Assembly: GCF_018350175.1 (NCBI RefSeq)
Contig: NC_058368.1
Location: 184,886,001-184,950,000 of the forward strand
Direction: 5' to 3'
DNA from: Felis catus
Lineage: Eukaryota
DNA: 64,000 bases
This document shows, piece after piece, positions 23,301 through 34,384 of this stretch. The translations under genes and the position numbers were made by a program. The notes under the pieces were generated by a model. The model made no database searches, was not told the origin of the DNA, and saw only the letters and a program-made list of their open reading frames with translations. The stretch's first letter is position 1; each line of letters starts with the position of its first letter.

Positions 23301-24946
23301 GGTAAACATAATATTTGCTATTTGGAACCTTTTCAATTTGGCAGTTTCCCATCCCGCCCTCCCTCCCTCCCCCCGCAATGATCCTCATACAACATTCCCC
23401 TGGAGGCAGATCTTTTGAGTAGACTGTACCGGACTCAAGACTTAACTCAAGATCCCCTGAGTACCTAGGCAACACTGGTCTAACTCCTACTGTTACCCTA
23501 TTACTATCCTACAAGACAGTGTAAACAGGTACCAGTACAGTTGTCTTCTCCAACACAATATGCAAGGCAGTCCTCATTCTCACAAGTGAATTTTAATTCT
23601 GTATGTTTTGAGAGAGCAGCAAATATGTGTCAAGATTTAGCGTGGGGACACCTAGCTGGCTGAGTCTGTACAGCATACAATCTGAATCTGGGGCTGTGAG
23701 TTAGAGGGCCCTGATGGATGTACAGATTACATTCAAATAAAAAAAAACAATAAAAAAAAAAGATTTAGGCTGTATCACTTTTAATGAAGGAAATCATGAA
23801 AACCTATTGAAAACTTATTTTCATTAGTCTACAGAACTCCCACTGTGAAAAAAAGATTAAGCTTTACATACACGTATGCATATATATGTAAACAATATGT
23901 AACGTTATGTGTTCAGTACTTTTAGGAGCACATAGGAACAACACGTAAATTTAACTTAACCTCCCAAATCCCAAAGTGATTAGAAACACTAACTATGCTG
24001 TATCTTGAAAGCATAAAAATTCTGCATTATCAAAAACAGCCACCTCCCATACCGTCTCTTATTTTCATAAGACATTAGTCTAGGCATTAACATTTCTTTT
24101 TATCCCCACTGCTAGATAAATTCTAGCAGTTCTGTGGATTGAATGTGGGGAGGCCTGTAATGAAATATGAGAGAATGGAGGAAGCGCAATACCTGGGATA
24201 GCTCTCCCACCGTAACAACCTTCCTTTATGCAATCTCTGTAGCGGTTCAAAGCCCGAGAAAGTGAAAGAGATTTGTCGGTTCCAAGCCTACTTAATGAAC
24301 TTGGGCCAAGGACTCACCCTACAAGCCTCAATTTTCTCATCTGTAAAATGGAGCAAAAATCCTCTCATAGTTATGACGATTAAATAATGCATGTAAAGTG
24401 CACAATACAGTGCCTTGCACAAAACTTAAAAGTTCAGTAAGTTGTCATCTCTAAAACTGCTATTTCTGAAAAGCCACTTTCCCCTACTTTCTCAGACATA
24501 AGAACTAGCAGGATCGAGGGATATGAACAAAGAATGAAAAAGAAATTCAGAAAGATAAAACCAAAATCGAAACAGCTCAGAAAAACGCCTCTTCGTTGCT
24601 GGGAGGGGAGACAGAAGACAAGAAAGTGAAACCAGACCTACTCCTTTCCTGCCGCAGGACTGGAAGAGCAAACACAAACGGGTGTGCGCCGAGGTAAACA
24701 AACTCGGTGGCGCCGCCCTCTCCTCCCGGAGCTAGGAAAGAGGTGCTGAGACGACTCAGGGCTGGGGGCTAGGATTGCTGCAGGATGCGCAAGGTAAACC
24801 ACCCAAGCCCTCCCTCCCCCTCGACCTGGCTCTTCCCCCTCTGCACTCCCGGTTGCAAGAGACGCCCAGGTCGACTCCCTCACCTCCACTAGCCGGCAGC
24901 TCCCGGGAACAAAGTGGATAGAGAGCTCCTTCTCTCGCCCCACCAT
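10264..24946 (-). CDS. MAT2B: Methionine adenosyltransferase 2 subunit beta, isoform V1 (334 aa); join 24946-24884, 18614-18420, 16064-15950, 15762-15610, 12718-12525, 11181-11068, 10434-10264
   Basis: Hand-spliced exons of 63+195+115+153+194+114+171 = 1005 nt, all GT-AG and in frame. Protein runs [21 protein letters not shown]...[13 protein letters not shown] motifs GATGLLG and YGKTK are present. Confidence 0.98.
10803..11049 (+). mobile_element. CanSINE in MAT2B intron 6, next to the splice donor
   Basis: TSD AAAATGCCA(C/T)GTACT at 10788-10802 and 11050-11064. Confidence 0.93.
11068..11181 (-). CDS. MAT2B: MAT2B exon 6 ([21 protein letters not shown]...HLRP)
   Basis: ttag|GAT acceptor, CCT|gtaagt donor, 114 nt. 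Confidence 0.97.
11815..11930 (-). mobile_element. Short CanSINE
   Basis: GAGATCAAGAGTCACACGCTC...CAGGTGCCCC. Confidence 0.85.
12199..12410 (+). mobile_element. CanSINE (MAT2B intron 5)
   Basis: Full head, body and tail. Confidence 0.92.
12525..12718 (-). CDS. MAT2B: MAT2B exon 5 ([16 protein letters not shown]...AEKRML)
   Basis: tag|GA acceptor, CTG|gtgaga donor, 194 nt. Confidence 0.97.
12900..13117 (-). mobile_element. CanSINE (MAT2B intron 4)
   Basis: Full element; imperfect TSD ATGT(G/A)ATACT. Confidence 0.92.
13575..15537. mobile_element. CanSINE cluster in MAT2B intron 4 (13575-13770 -, 14160-14300 +, 14536-14950 + compound, 15060-15157 -, 15310-15537 -) with a CT/AT/AC microsatellite
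   Basis: Multiple recognisable SINE heads and bodies; coordinates approximate. Confidence 0.85.
15610..15762 (-). CDS. MAT2B: MAT2B exon 4 ([18 protein letters not shown]...YGKTK...ENNL)
   Basis: ttttag|CT acceptor, G|gtaag donor, 153 nt; carries the YxxxK motif. Confidence 0.97.
15950..16064 (-). CDS. MAT2B: MAT2B exon 3 ([19 protein letters not shown]...LAKEA)
   Basis: ttccag|CCC acceptor, G|gtaatg donor, 115 nt. Confidence 0.97.
16657..17010. mobile_element. Nested SINEs: a minus-strand CanSINE (about 16751-16976) inserted in a short plus-strand SINE
   Basis: Imperfect TSD CTAGAGCTTACT / CTAGAACTTATT; the host's A tail resumes after the insert. Confidence 0.8.
17709..18288 (+). mobile_element. 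Tigger2a-like DNA transposon interrupted by a CanSINE (about 17990-18220, -)
   Basis: TIRs CAATTGACCTTTGAA ... TTCAAGGGTCAACTG followed by TA. Confidence 0.85.
18420..18614 (-). CDS. MAT2B: MAT2B exon 2 ([20 protein letters not shown]...IIHDFQ), Rossmann GxxGxxG motif
   Basis: ttttag|GAG acceptor, CAG|gtatgg donor, 195 nt. Confidence 0.97.
18915..20690. mobile_element. CanSINE cluster in MAT2B intron 1 (18915-19105 +, 19106-19205 -, 19667-19855 +, 19864-20090 +, 20340-20570 +, 20587-20690 +)
   Basis: Six recognisable SINEs; coordinates approximate. Confidence 0.88.
21298..21447. mobile_element. MER5A-like hAT MITE remnant (similar remnants near 8740-8920, 17200-17372, 25640-25785, 27930-28170)
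   Basis: CATTTCTAATAAGTTCTCAGG...GCTGATG...ACTTTGAGAA pattern. Confidence 0.6.
24285..24450 (+). mobile_element. MIR (other MIR remnants near 6385-6520, 17440-17580, 60385-60530)
   Basis: Core GCCTCAATTTTCTCATCTGTAAAATGG ... ATAATGCATGTAAAGTGC. Confidence 0.75.
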
Positions 24947-25170
24947 GCCCGCCGTCTTTGCGCCGCAGACGCAGCGATCGCCACTTCCTCCAGCCCAGGA
25001 TCGCCACGGGCCGCAGCTTCCTCGCCCTCGGCCCGCCTCCCTAGGTCCGGGCCGACCCCCTGTTCACTGCTTCCGGCTTCCGCCGCCAAGGCCGCGCCCG
25101 ATGATTGGCCACATTCCGTGAATGCCTCCGAAAGGGGCCGGGCAGCGTCCTGTACGCAGCCAGCCCACTC
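24580..25170. promoter_or_regulatory. MAT2B: CpG island / MAT2B V1 promoter with CCAAT box (25101-25110), tandem ETS-type CGGAAG motifs (25070-25082) and GC box (25030-25040)
   Basis: The only extended GC- and CpG-rich segment in the window; it spans exon 1. Motifs read directly on the minus strand: GGCCAATCAT, CGGAAGCCGGAAG, GGAGGCGGGCC. Confidence 0.85.
24884..24946 (-). CDS. MAT2B: MAT2B V1 exon 1 coding part ([21 protein letters not shown])
   Basis: ATG in context GGCATGG; GAG|gtgagg donor; lies inside the CpG island. Confidence 0.97.
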
Positions 25171-26655
25171 CCAACTCTTAAAGGGATACACAAAACAAAG
25201 GCCTTGGCCTTAGGCAATGAACACAAGTTTTGTTTTGGGGAAGATTGTTTAATTTATGTACTATTTTCTCTCTTCGTCTCTCTTCTTGACTAGGGAAGGA
25301 TTAAATTGGATCGCCTGAGGCTTCAAGTTTGCAGACTGCGCAGTGCATGGGAATCAACTGAGCATAAAATACGTTTAGTAGGAGAAAACATTTTAAAGCC
25401 ATGGGGTGTGTTTAGGTAAGAAGGGAAGGAGGGAGCACCGTGGACGTACAGCATTAGGAATGTTTTTTACAGAGATTTAGAAAGACGAAGAATAAAAATA
25501 CAAGTCCTGGCATCTGAATCATTAACAACCTCAACAACCCATTTGTCGTTCTGGGATGCTAAAATGTAGTATGTGTCAAATTCCAAATAAATCAAACTAT
25601 TTTTAACTAGTTAAAAAGAGGAGGGTAAGGGGAGGAATAACTTGGGTGCCTCTTCAAAACGCAGATTCTCAGACTTTACCTGTATTTACAGAATGAAAAT
25701 CTGCGGTAATATAAAACCAGGGACTCTACATTTTAGTGGATTTAACAAGAGTCAAAACCCCACCGACCACCTTTGAGAAGCATCACATTAGGAACTGCCC
25801 CGTCAGGCTACGCCAGCCTGGCCTCCGTAACCATCGTAAATTAAGGACGAAACCAAGAGACAGAGTAATGTCTGGACCTTCCACCACCTGTATGACTTCT
25901 TAAAAGTAACAAATCAGAAACAACAGCTCTAAGTGTTGAGAACGACCTCTCAGGCAACTGGTTTCCTTCCTAGCTCAAAACAGCAAAATGCCTATCAGTT
26001 GGAATGCCTGCGAAATTTACTCAGGAAAAAACCCGCCATAGACCCTGTAGGGTTCGCCAACAGTTCACCGCTCCAATCTGAGTGTTCTTATTCAGACATA
26101 CACGATACCAAAACTGAAAAGTCGCTCACAAGTGTGACCGATGCTTGGATTTTTCTTAAAAGAGCTTCTTTTCATAATCCCTTTAGTTTACTTCAGAGCC
26201 AAAGACTAAACAGCCTTTTGAAAAAGTTTTTCTTTGTCTGAGCCCCGTGAATTTCCTTTCTGCCCAACCCCCCAACAAGAACTCATTTCTTTATTCGTGT
26301 TAACAGTCTTTTTTTTTTTTTTTTTTTGGAACGGTGGGGGAAGAGAACCTGAGGCCCCTCGTTTTCGGAGTTTCATTTTTATGCAAGCTGCTACCCTTAA
26401 CAGTTTAGCATTATTCAGACAGTCCTTGAGAGGACTGTCCCAGCATTAAACATTCATAATCTGCAGACAAAGAGAAAGGTGAGTATGGGTGGGAGGTAGG
26501 AGAGGCAAATTTAAGATCCTCCTAATCCTCCTCCTTTAAAAACTGGGAGATTTTTGTTTTTTTTTTTTTAATTTCTAGATACAACGTTGCGATGCAACCT
26601 AATTTTTCTATTAATAAAAAAAGTAAGTGTTCAATGTGAATAAGATTTCATTGCA

Positions 26656-26656
<1 letters not shown>

Positions 26657-26689
<33 letters not shown>

Positions 26690-26690
26690 T
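26657..26690. repeat. (TTA)n microsatellite
   Basis: About 11 perfect units. Confidence 0.95.
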
Positions 26691-27313
26691 TTGCAGAGCA
26701 GCCTCGTGTAGAGTTAGGAACAAGAGTTTTCTCACCTACTTTTGAGAACCGGTCTGATAGCTCCCAGGTAAAACTTGCATATAGTTCTAAAGGTATATGT
26801 TCATGTATAGTTTTTTATCATTCTCTTTAAAGATGAAAGTTTCTTTGTGAACAAAAATGCCATTGTTGTAGACAATATCCAAGTTCGTGTGGTGGCGAAG
26901 TCTATAAATTTAAAGAGAGCAGCCTGGAGCTAAAAGTTATGTTAGCAGATTCAGTTCATGCTAAGACAAAGAAAGGCTGGGGCACACAATTACAGATAAA
27001 ATCCTTAGTTACATAGAACCTTCACCTACATCATTGCATTTAATGTGGTAAATGAAGCTGCTGTTCTGTTTTGCATTTAATTTTTGTCAATTAATGAGTC
27101 TTAGCTGAGCTCTCCATAACCTGGTTCCCAGGGTCAATAATTAAACTTGGTTTATTCTTCCATGTTCCAAAGTTACATGTTTTAAAGAAATGAATGACAC
27201 CCCGTTTCTTTTTTCTTCTTTTAACACACCTTTTTGGTTTTTACCATTCACTGGGATGCTTTTAAAAGAAACTAACTCCAGAATGCTTCATTTCTTGAAT
27301 ATGTGGCTCTTAC

Positions 27314-27343
27314 CTGGTCCATGTCCTCCGGCATTTCAGGCAT
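27314..27343 (-). CDS. MAT2B: MAT2B alternative first coding exon (isoform V2, 323 aa): MPEMPEDMDQ
   Basis: ATGCCTGAAATGCCGGAGGACATGGACCAG followed by a gtaag donor. Phase 0, so it joins exon 2 in frame (30+942 = 972 nt). Matches the recalled human V2 N-terminus MPEMPEDMEQ. Confidence 0.93.
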
Positions 27344-27560
27344 GATTCCAAAATATCTCAGGAAAACAGACTTGGGATGAGTCTCTGCCTCTTCTGCCTG
27401 GGTCTTTGTTCTGCCTGAAGAGAGCGCAGGCACGGAAAAACGTGAGCTTCAGCTTCACTCGACCTTTTAAATTAGCATTTTGATTCCAATCCCAGAATCT
27501 CATGCAGTTTTCCACATTGCAGTAAACTGGCAGCTGATTCCCCCTGGCAGTCTTGAAAAT
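27344..27560 (-). promoter_or_regulatory. MAT2B: Putative MAT2B V2 promoter / 5'UTR with TATA-like TTTAAAAG near 27464-27471
   Basis: Repeat-free, mildly CpG-retaining sequence directly upstream of the V2 ATG. The TSS cannot be determined from sequence. Confidence 0.5.
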
Positions 27561-28476
27561 ACCCAATGAGAAGTTTCATGTTTAATTGCCTGCCAAGTTA
27601 AGGTCCATTACAAAACCATTAGGAGATCCAGTGTTGTTTTGTTGTTTTTTTTTTTTTAAAGAAGAAACAAAGAAGCAAAAAAAACCTTCCTGTGAATACT
27701 TGTTGCAATTTTCTCTGGAAGAAGAAAAGCAAGAGCTCACAGATGGAAAGAAGGCAGATCATGCAATTGATTGATTCCTATTCTGAAATATTTTATTCAG
27801 TTACACATTATGGTTATTACAACAGAATCTTTGTAAAGTTTTTCAGTGTTTTTCCTCCTGGTGTCTCCTCATTAACTATTTCAAAGGACATTAAAAGGCA
27901 CTGGTGGTAACAGCTCCCTACAATTAAAATGCAGCAGGTCATTTCTATTAACACTGATCTGCCTTCTGACTGAGAAAATGGTAGATTGAGTAGCTTTAAG
28001 TTTGGCCAGGCATTAAGGACTTCTAGATCAGCAATTCCCAAACCTGTCTGTACCCCAGAACCTATGAAACTAAGTCATTCTGTAGGAGTTAAGTCCAATA
28101 ATCTTATTTTTAACTATTTCAAGGACAATTAATATGCTCAGTTAAATTTGAACCATTGTTCTGGACTATGGTTCTGTAACAATTTAGAACAATAAAAAAA
28201 ATTGCCATTTAGATAGAGCTAACTATATTAACTCGTTATATTCTACACACTTAGGGCACACAGCACGTAGAAAACTCTATGAGACATGCAGAAGGTCTAT
28301 AAGTAATGGAGGACTATACAATTTCTTAAAATTGATAAATTAAAATTTATCAAAATAAAAGAACTTGTACCCATCAAAAGACAATATTAACAAATAGGCA
28401 AATCACAAACTGAGGGAAAAAAATCTTGGTGCATATATCTGAACAGGATTTCTAGTCAGAATATTTAAAGTACACC

Positions 28477-29253
28477 TGTTGAAACTGCTTGAAAGCATGA
28501 AGTTGAGGGGCACCTGGCTGGCTGAGTTAGAGGGTCATGACTCTAGATCTGGGGTTGTGAGTTCAAGCCCCACGTTGGGTGTAGAGATTACTTAAGTAAC
28601 TTATTTTAAAAACGCATAAAGCTGAACAAAAATCAAAATGGCTGCACGAATGCTTCAGCAAAACTTGATTTTTTTTTTTTAATTTTTTTTTCAACGTTTA
28701 TTTATTTTTGGGACAGAGAGAGACAGAGCATGAATGGGGGAGGGGCAGAGAGAGAGGGAGACACAGAATCGGAAACAGGCTCCAGGCTCCGAGCCATCAG
28801 CCCAGAGCCTGACGCGGGGCTCGAACTCACGGACCGCGAGATCGTGACCTGGCTGAAGTCGGACGCTTAACCGACTGCGCCACCCAGGCGCCCCGCAAAA
28901 CTTGATTTTAAACTGAGTAACCCCTTCCCTCTCTTCCTCCAACCTTCCTTCCCTCCTCCATTCAGTAAACCTTCCCTTCTTAGCCTTTTGTTTCAGGAAC
29001 CCAGTTCCACCCTGAAAACACATACACAATTCGTGTCTAAACTGGCTAGATCCTCTATTTCTCTATAAAATCCCCCAGCCTCTTTGTCTGCAGAGGGGGT
29101 GGGCAGGAAGGGGGCTTGCGGTTTTTGAAAGCCATGGCCTGCTGCAGCTGCTTTTACCCTGCAAAGCAATAAAGCTATTGTTCCTCCTTATTCCAAACTC
29201 TGTCTTCATGTTAGATTTTGGATCCGAAACACAGAGGTTGGTTACTGACAACA
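28477..29253 (+). mobile_element. ERV solo LTR carrying two CanSINE insertions (about 28506-28610 +, 28673-28894 -)
   Basis: TGTTG...CAACA termini, TATAAAA near 29064, AATAAA at 29168-29173; TSD ambiguous. Confidence 0.75.
28673..28894 (-). mobile_element. CanSINE, young subfamily
   Basis: Perfect 15-bp TSD GCAAAACTTGATTTT; CpGs intact. Confidence 0.95.
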
Positions 29254-29588
29254 CTACAACTCAATTGTTTTTTTTTTTTAATCATTTAAAAAATGAACAC
29301 AATTTTGGGACACCTTGGGTGGCTCAGTCGGTTGAGTGTCCAACTCTTGGTTTCGGCTCAGGTCACGATCTCACTCACGGTTCGTGGGTTCAGGCCCCAC
29401 GTGGGGCTCTGCGCTGACAGTGTGGAGCCTGCTTAGAATTCTCTCCCTGCCCCCCCCCCCAAATAAATAAACTTAAAAAAAAGGACACGCTTTGAACACA
29501 TACTTAACAAAGACAGAAAATTGGTCAATAATTACATAAAAAGATGCTCAGCATATGGGAAATGCAAACTAAAATCATACTGAAATAC

Positions 29589-30222
29589 TGTCACCGGCTA
29601 GACCCCAAGACCTGACCTTTACTACTTACCTGCTTATACCCGACCTTTGTCCCACATTTTTCCTTAAGCTCTTCTTTCCAGCTTATCTCTTAACTCAGGC
29701 AAAAGACCTGAAGAACAGAGTATCCCGAAACTGCAACTACCCCTCAAGCAGTATCAAATGGTAGGGCAAAGAATCTGCTGGCCCAGACCTCCAGACAAGT
29801 TTGAGCTCAACCCCCGACTCATGCCTGTGGAAATGGACCACTGAGTGATTTGTGGGGTGACTGACAGTTACCTTTACCTCATTATAATACTAAAATCTCC
29901 ACCCGGCGGGGGGGGGGGGGTGGCGGTAGCGGGGAACAAGCCTCATTCACAGAACACATGTATAGGCATGTTTCCTTAAGGCGCATGCACAATCTTATGC
30001 CTGCTTCTACATATGCTGATGAAGTTCCCCTTTCTACTTGCATCCTAACCCTGGATAAAAGGAATCCATTCACCCTTGCTCAGGGACTCATGGCTTTGGA
30101 AGCTATTCCCTGTGATCTCCTTATTTGCTGCAGATAAAGTTTACTGTGTGTGACAACTCCACCTGGGGTGTAGCTCTTACCTGTGACTTACCAAGGATTG
30201 AATTTATGTTAGTTTGGTTACA
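29589..30222 (+). mobile_element. ERV1-class solo LTR (MER34-like)
   Basis: TG...CA termini, perfect 4-bp TSD ATAC; motif TTACCTTTACCTCATTATAATACTAAAATCT. Confidence 0.85.
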
Positions 30223-31370
30223 ATACTGTTACATACCTAATGGAATGGTTAAAATTTAAAAGACTGATAATATCGTATGCTAACAAGCATTTTCAGCAAC
30301 TAGATTGCTCATTTATTACTAGTGGGAGTATCAAATGATACAACCACTTTAGAAAACTCGTAATTTATTATAAAGTTGAACCCCTAACTCAGTAATTCTG
30401 TTTCTAGATGATCACCCAGGAGAAATTAAAGCATATGTACATAAAGACTTGTGCAAGAATATTCATGGCAGCTGAATTCAAAACAACCTAAAATTGGAAA
30501 CAGCTCAAATATCCATTAATAGATGAATGGATAAGTAGATTATGGTATATTCATAGTACTGGTATCTTACTTAGCTATACAAAGAAACGAACTATATGAA
30601 TGAAACTCAAAATCATTATACTGAGTTAAGGCAGCTAGACACACGAGAGTATGATTCCATATATGTGAAATTCTAAAACCAGTTGAAACTAATCTATGGT
30701 AAAAGAAACTAGCTTGGGGGGAAAGGTAGGGATTGATCGTAAAGGCCATAAATGAACTTTCCCAAATAATGGAAATATTTTATATCTTTTTTTTTTTTTT
30801 ACATTTTATATCTTGATAGCTTAAATTTTTTTTTCATTTATTTATTTTTGAGAGACAGAGATTGAGCACAAGTGGGGGAGGGGCAGAGAGACAGAAGGAG
30901 ACACAGAATCTGAAGCAGGCTCCAGGCTCTGAGCTGATAGCACAGAGCCTGATGTGGGGCTCGAACTCACAAACTGTGAGATCATGACCTGAGCCGAAGT
31001 CAGATGCTCAACCGACTGAGCCACCCAGGCGCCTCTATCTTGATAGTTTTATATCTTCAATATGCTTATCAAACTATAAGAATTATGATATGGGGGAGGC
31101 TGGCTGGCTGGCTCAGTTGGTAGAGCATGTGACTCTGATCTTAGGGTCCTGAGTTCAAGCTCTATATTGGCTGTATAGAATATTTTAAAAATTAATAATA
31201 AAAATGTTTAAAAATAAGTTGCAATAGAATTTAAAAAAAGAATTAAGAGCTGTTCATTTCACTGTATTACTATATGTAATTTATACCTCAATTTCAAAAC
31301 AATATCACAGTCATATTTTGGGCATTTGTTAGATTCAGTCAACAATATCCAGGATACTAGTTTGAGGTAG

Positions 31371-31926
31371 TGTTAACCATTGCATTGGTAGTGTTCTCTA
31401 GGATGCAAGCTATCAGCAGAAGGGGGGTGGGGGAGGCACAAAATGTGTTTTGTTTTGCAGGACCAGTAGTTCCTGCCAAGCAGACACCTGGGTAGGTGTT
31501 TTGCCTGGTACCCCTTGTATGAGCCATTTTGAACGAATTTGGAACACACAATTCCCCCTGAGCTGTCCTGAAGTTACCTTTAGCTCATTATAATACTAAG
31601 ATCTTCTCCAATGGGTGGGGTTTTCCACCAGTTTTTGAACATACAATGTATGTTCTAACATGTTGATGTGCTAGGCATGTGCAATTGAACCAGAGTACCT
31701 AAGTAATAGAATATGCATATATGTTCCTTAATGCACATGCAAGCTCCCTGCCACTGCCCCTTAATACACTGAATAAAAGGTTCCTGTACTAACCCCATAG
31801 GGAGATAATGCTTTGAGAGCTATCCACCCCCAACCCCCTCCTAACTTGGAACAAGTAACAAAAAGTTCTTTGCTTTCAAGGCTTCTTTGGATTGTGTTCC
31901 ATTTCCACCCCTTGAGTTCTGTTACA
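31371..31926 (+). mobile_element. ERV1-class solo LTR related to 29589-30222
   Basis: TGTTA...GTTACA termini, TSD GTAG/GTAC; shares TTACCTTTAGCTCATTATAATACTAAGATCT. Confidence 0.75.
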
Positions 31927-33871
31927 GTACAAATGACGAACTAAATGGACAGCATTTAAATTTCTAAACTCATTAGGACCTAAGAAATGTAAGACTTTTT
32001 CCTTGATAGGATATGCACACTTTTTTCAAGTTTAAGAAATAGATCTCTAAATTATAATGAATGATACCCCAAGGGCAAGAGCAAGGGTTTTTGTTGCTTC
32101 TGTTTTATAACCTCCTCTTACCTCCCCACTCCTCCATTTTAATTTTTATTTATTTTTAATTTTATTTATTTATTTAGAGAGAGAGAGAGCAGGGGAGGGG
32201 CAGAAAGAGTGGGTGAGAGAGAATCCCAAGCAGGCTCATGCTGTCAGCACAGAGTCCAACCCAGGGATCTATCTCATGACTGTAAGATATGACCTGAGCC
32301 AAAATCAAGAGTCAGAAGCTTAACTGGCTGAGCCACCCAGGCGCCCCTCCTCTCTACTTTTAAAATACCCTTTGATTCCACTATCTCAGATGTTCCCATC
32401 TCTGTGACTCTAATACCTACATGAATGACTCTGTCCTAAGCTATGTTTTCCCATTTCCAGATGCCTAAAAGGTATCTTACCTGTATGTTCCTCTGGTATA
32501 TCAAACTCACAGGTCCAAGAAACTAAAAGTAAATTTAATATTAATTCATCATCTTGTCCTCTAAATCCGATCTTCCTCTTAACCCTGAGGTTTGTGAGAA
32601 AGATACTTTTTATACTAATTAACTCATAGACTCAAATATGCATATGGGGATTTATTAGGGAATAAAGATAAATTAGAATTTAATCATTAAAACAACATAG
32701 TTGTTTCCTGGTTTCCTACCTCACTTGTACTAAAATAAGTTATTTTTAATGGTTTCATAAATGTTTATTTATTTATTTTGAGAGAGAATGAGAGTGGGGG
32801 AGGGCCAGAGAGAGAGGGAGAGAATCCCAAGCAGGCTCCGTGCCATCAATGCACAGCATGACAGGGGCTCAATCTCATGAACTGAAATCAAGAGTTGGTT
32901 GCTGAGTCTCAATTGACTGAGCCACCTAGGTGCCCCATTAAAATAAATTAAACATATTAAACATATTAACATATTAAAAAAAGTTTAAAATGTGGGGAAA
33001 AATTACTAGAGGAAAATGTATATAATAATCTTGGTGGGAGGAAGTCTTTTATGAGCATATCATAAAATTCAGAAACCAACAGTGAAAATATCAACAAAGT
33101 AGACTATATAGATTTTGGTAAATATCTGCATAACAACAATAGCAACAATAATAGTGATAATTATCCAAGTCAAAAGACAAACTGGGAGAAAATATATATG
33201 ATGCATGAGAAATCAAGAGCTAATTGCTATGCTATATAAGGAAGCTTGAAAGTCAGGGGGAAAAGAAAAAAACCTTAAAAGTCAACCTTTTAAAGTGTAG
33301 AATTCAGGGTGCCTGAGTGGCTCAGTGGGTTAAGTGTCTCACTCTTGATTTTGGCTCAGGTCATGACCTCAGGGTTGGTGAGTTTAAGCCCGGAATTGTG
33401 TTCTGTGCCTACAGTGAGGAGACTGCTTGGGATTCTTTCTCACTCCCTCTCTCTCTGCCCCTCCCCCGCTCACATTCTCTGTCTCTCTCAAAATAAAATA
33501 AACTTAAAAAAAAAATAAAGTGTAGAATTCAATGGTTTTCAGTATATCCAGAGCTGTGAAACCACCACCACTCTCCAGGGAACATTGCCAAATTCTTGGA
33601 AGTGGCCACTGAATTTCACAGGTTAGTGGAGGAGGGGTACAAAAGTTCAACCAAAGGATGAGAGAAAGGAATGGAAAATAAAGATGAGCTCAATACTGTA
33701 GAAAACTCTTCCAAACACTGGGAAGGGGTAAAGGCATGGGAGTGGGGGCGGATTTAACATCCAAGAAAGACTGTGAGTTTTGTTTTGCCCTGTTTTTTGC
33801 TTAGTTTTAAAAGGTCTACTATTAGAGTATGTTTGTATAACAAGGAGTGTGATCAATTAATTGATAGGAGG

Positions 33872-33965
33872 TATTATGGGTTAAGTTGTGCCTCCCAGAA
33901 TGACATGTTGAGGTCCTAATCCACAGCACCTCAGAATGTGACCTTGTTTGAAAATAAGGTTGTTG
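33872..33965 (+). mobile_element. MLT1 (MaLR) LTR 5' fragment
   Basis: ATGTTGAGGTCCTAATCC...ACCTCAGAATGTGACCTTGTTTG. Confidence 0.7.
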
Positions 33966-34384
33966 TCCAATTCATATTTATGGAGACAGGGATGTAGAAT
34001 TCTCCTGAAGGGAGACACTGCAAGTCTCGTGGTTTAGTCTGCCATCAATGGAGTGGAGAAGTATAATCCTGCTCCTGGAATTACTGTATTTTGAACAATA
34101 ATACAAGGTACTGCAAGGAATAAAGGCAAGAGAATCTGAGGACACATATATTCAGTTGGAAAATTTAAAAGAGGAAAGATGAGGAAGTCCTGCCCATCTG
34201 TTTCAGTTTTCAGTTAAGTGTGTGGTAATATCGTCAGCTGGGGGTGATGAGGAAGGAGGGATACATGAGTCAGAACTGTGAGGAGAAGCCTCAAAATGAA
34301 CGAAAATTGTACATAAGTAAGTTTTTAGCTAATGCAGATTTTTTGGGGGGGGGTCTTTGTGTCATCTAATGTAGGAGGATTTTA

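Larger units (their letters stand above)
28320..31300 (+). mobile_element. Ancient L1 3' region fragmented by LTR and SINE insertions
   Basis: Collinear L1 motifs (CTACAACTCAA, GGAAATGCAAACTAAAA, AGATGAATGGATAAG, ATTTATACCTCAAT) resume across the inserts. Confidence 0.75.
29307..33515. mobile_element. Intergenic CanSINEs (29307-29482 +, 30830-31033 -, 31092-31190 +, 32140-32346 -, 32760-32936 -, 33306-33515 +)
   Basis: Recognisable SINE heads and bodies; coordinates approximate. Confidence 0.85.

Noticed and set aside
24492..25293. Several overlapping ORFs of 60-102 aa in the CpG island
   Set aside because: Stop-poor GC-rich sequence; only the first 21 codons of 24946-24638 are supported by a donor site and homology.
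25933..26241. 102-aa plus-strand ORF between the two MAT2B promoters
   Set aside because: GTG start, no recognisable homology or splice support; this length is attainable by chance.
27336..27566. Out-of-frame ORF overlapping the MAT2B V2 start, a possible uORF
   Set aside because: Its ATG (near 27502) lies upstream of the TATA-like element, so it is probably not in the mRNA; cannot be supported without TSS data.
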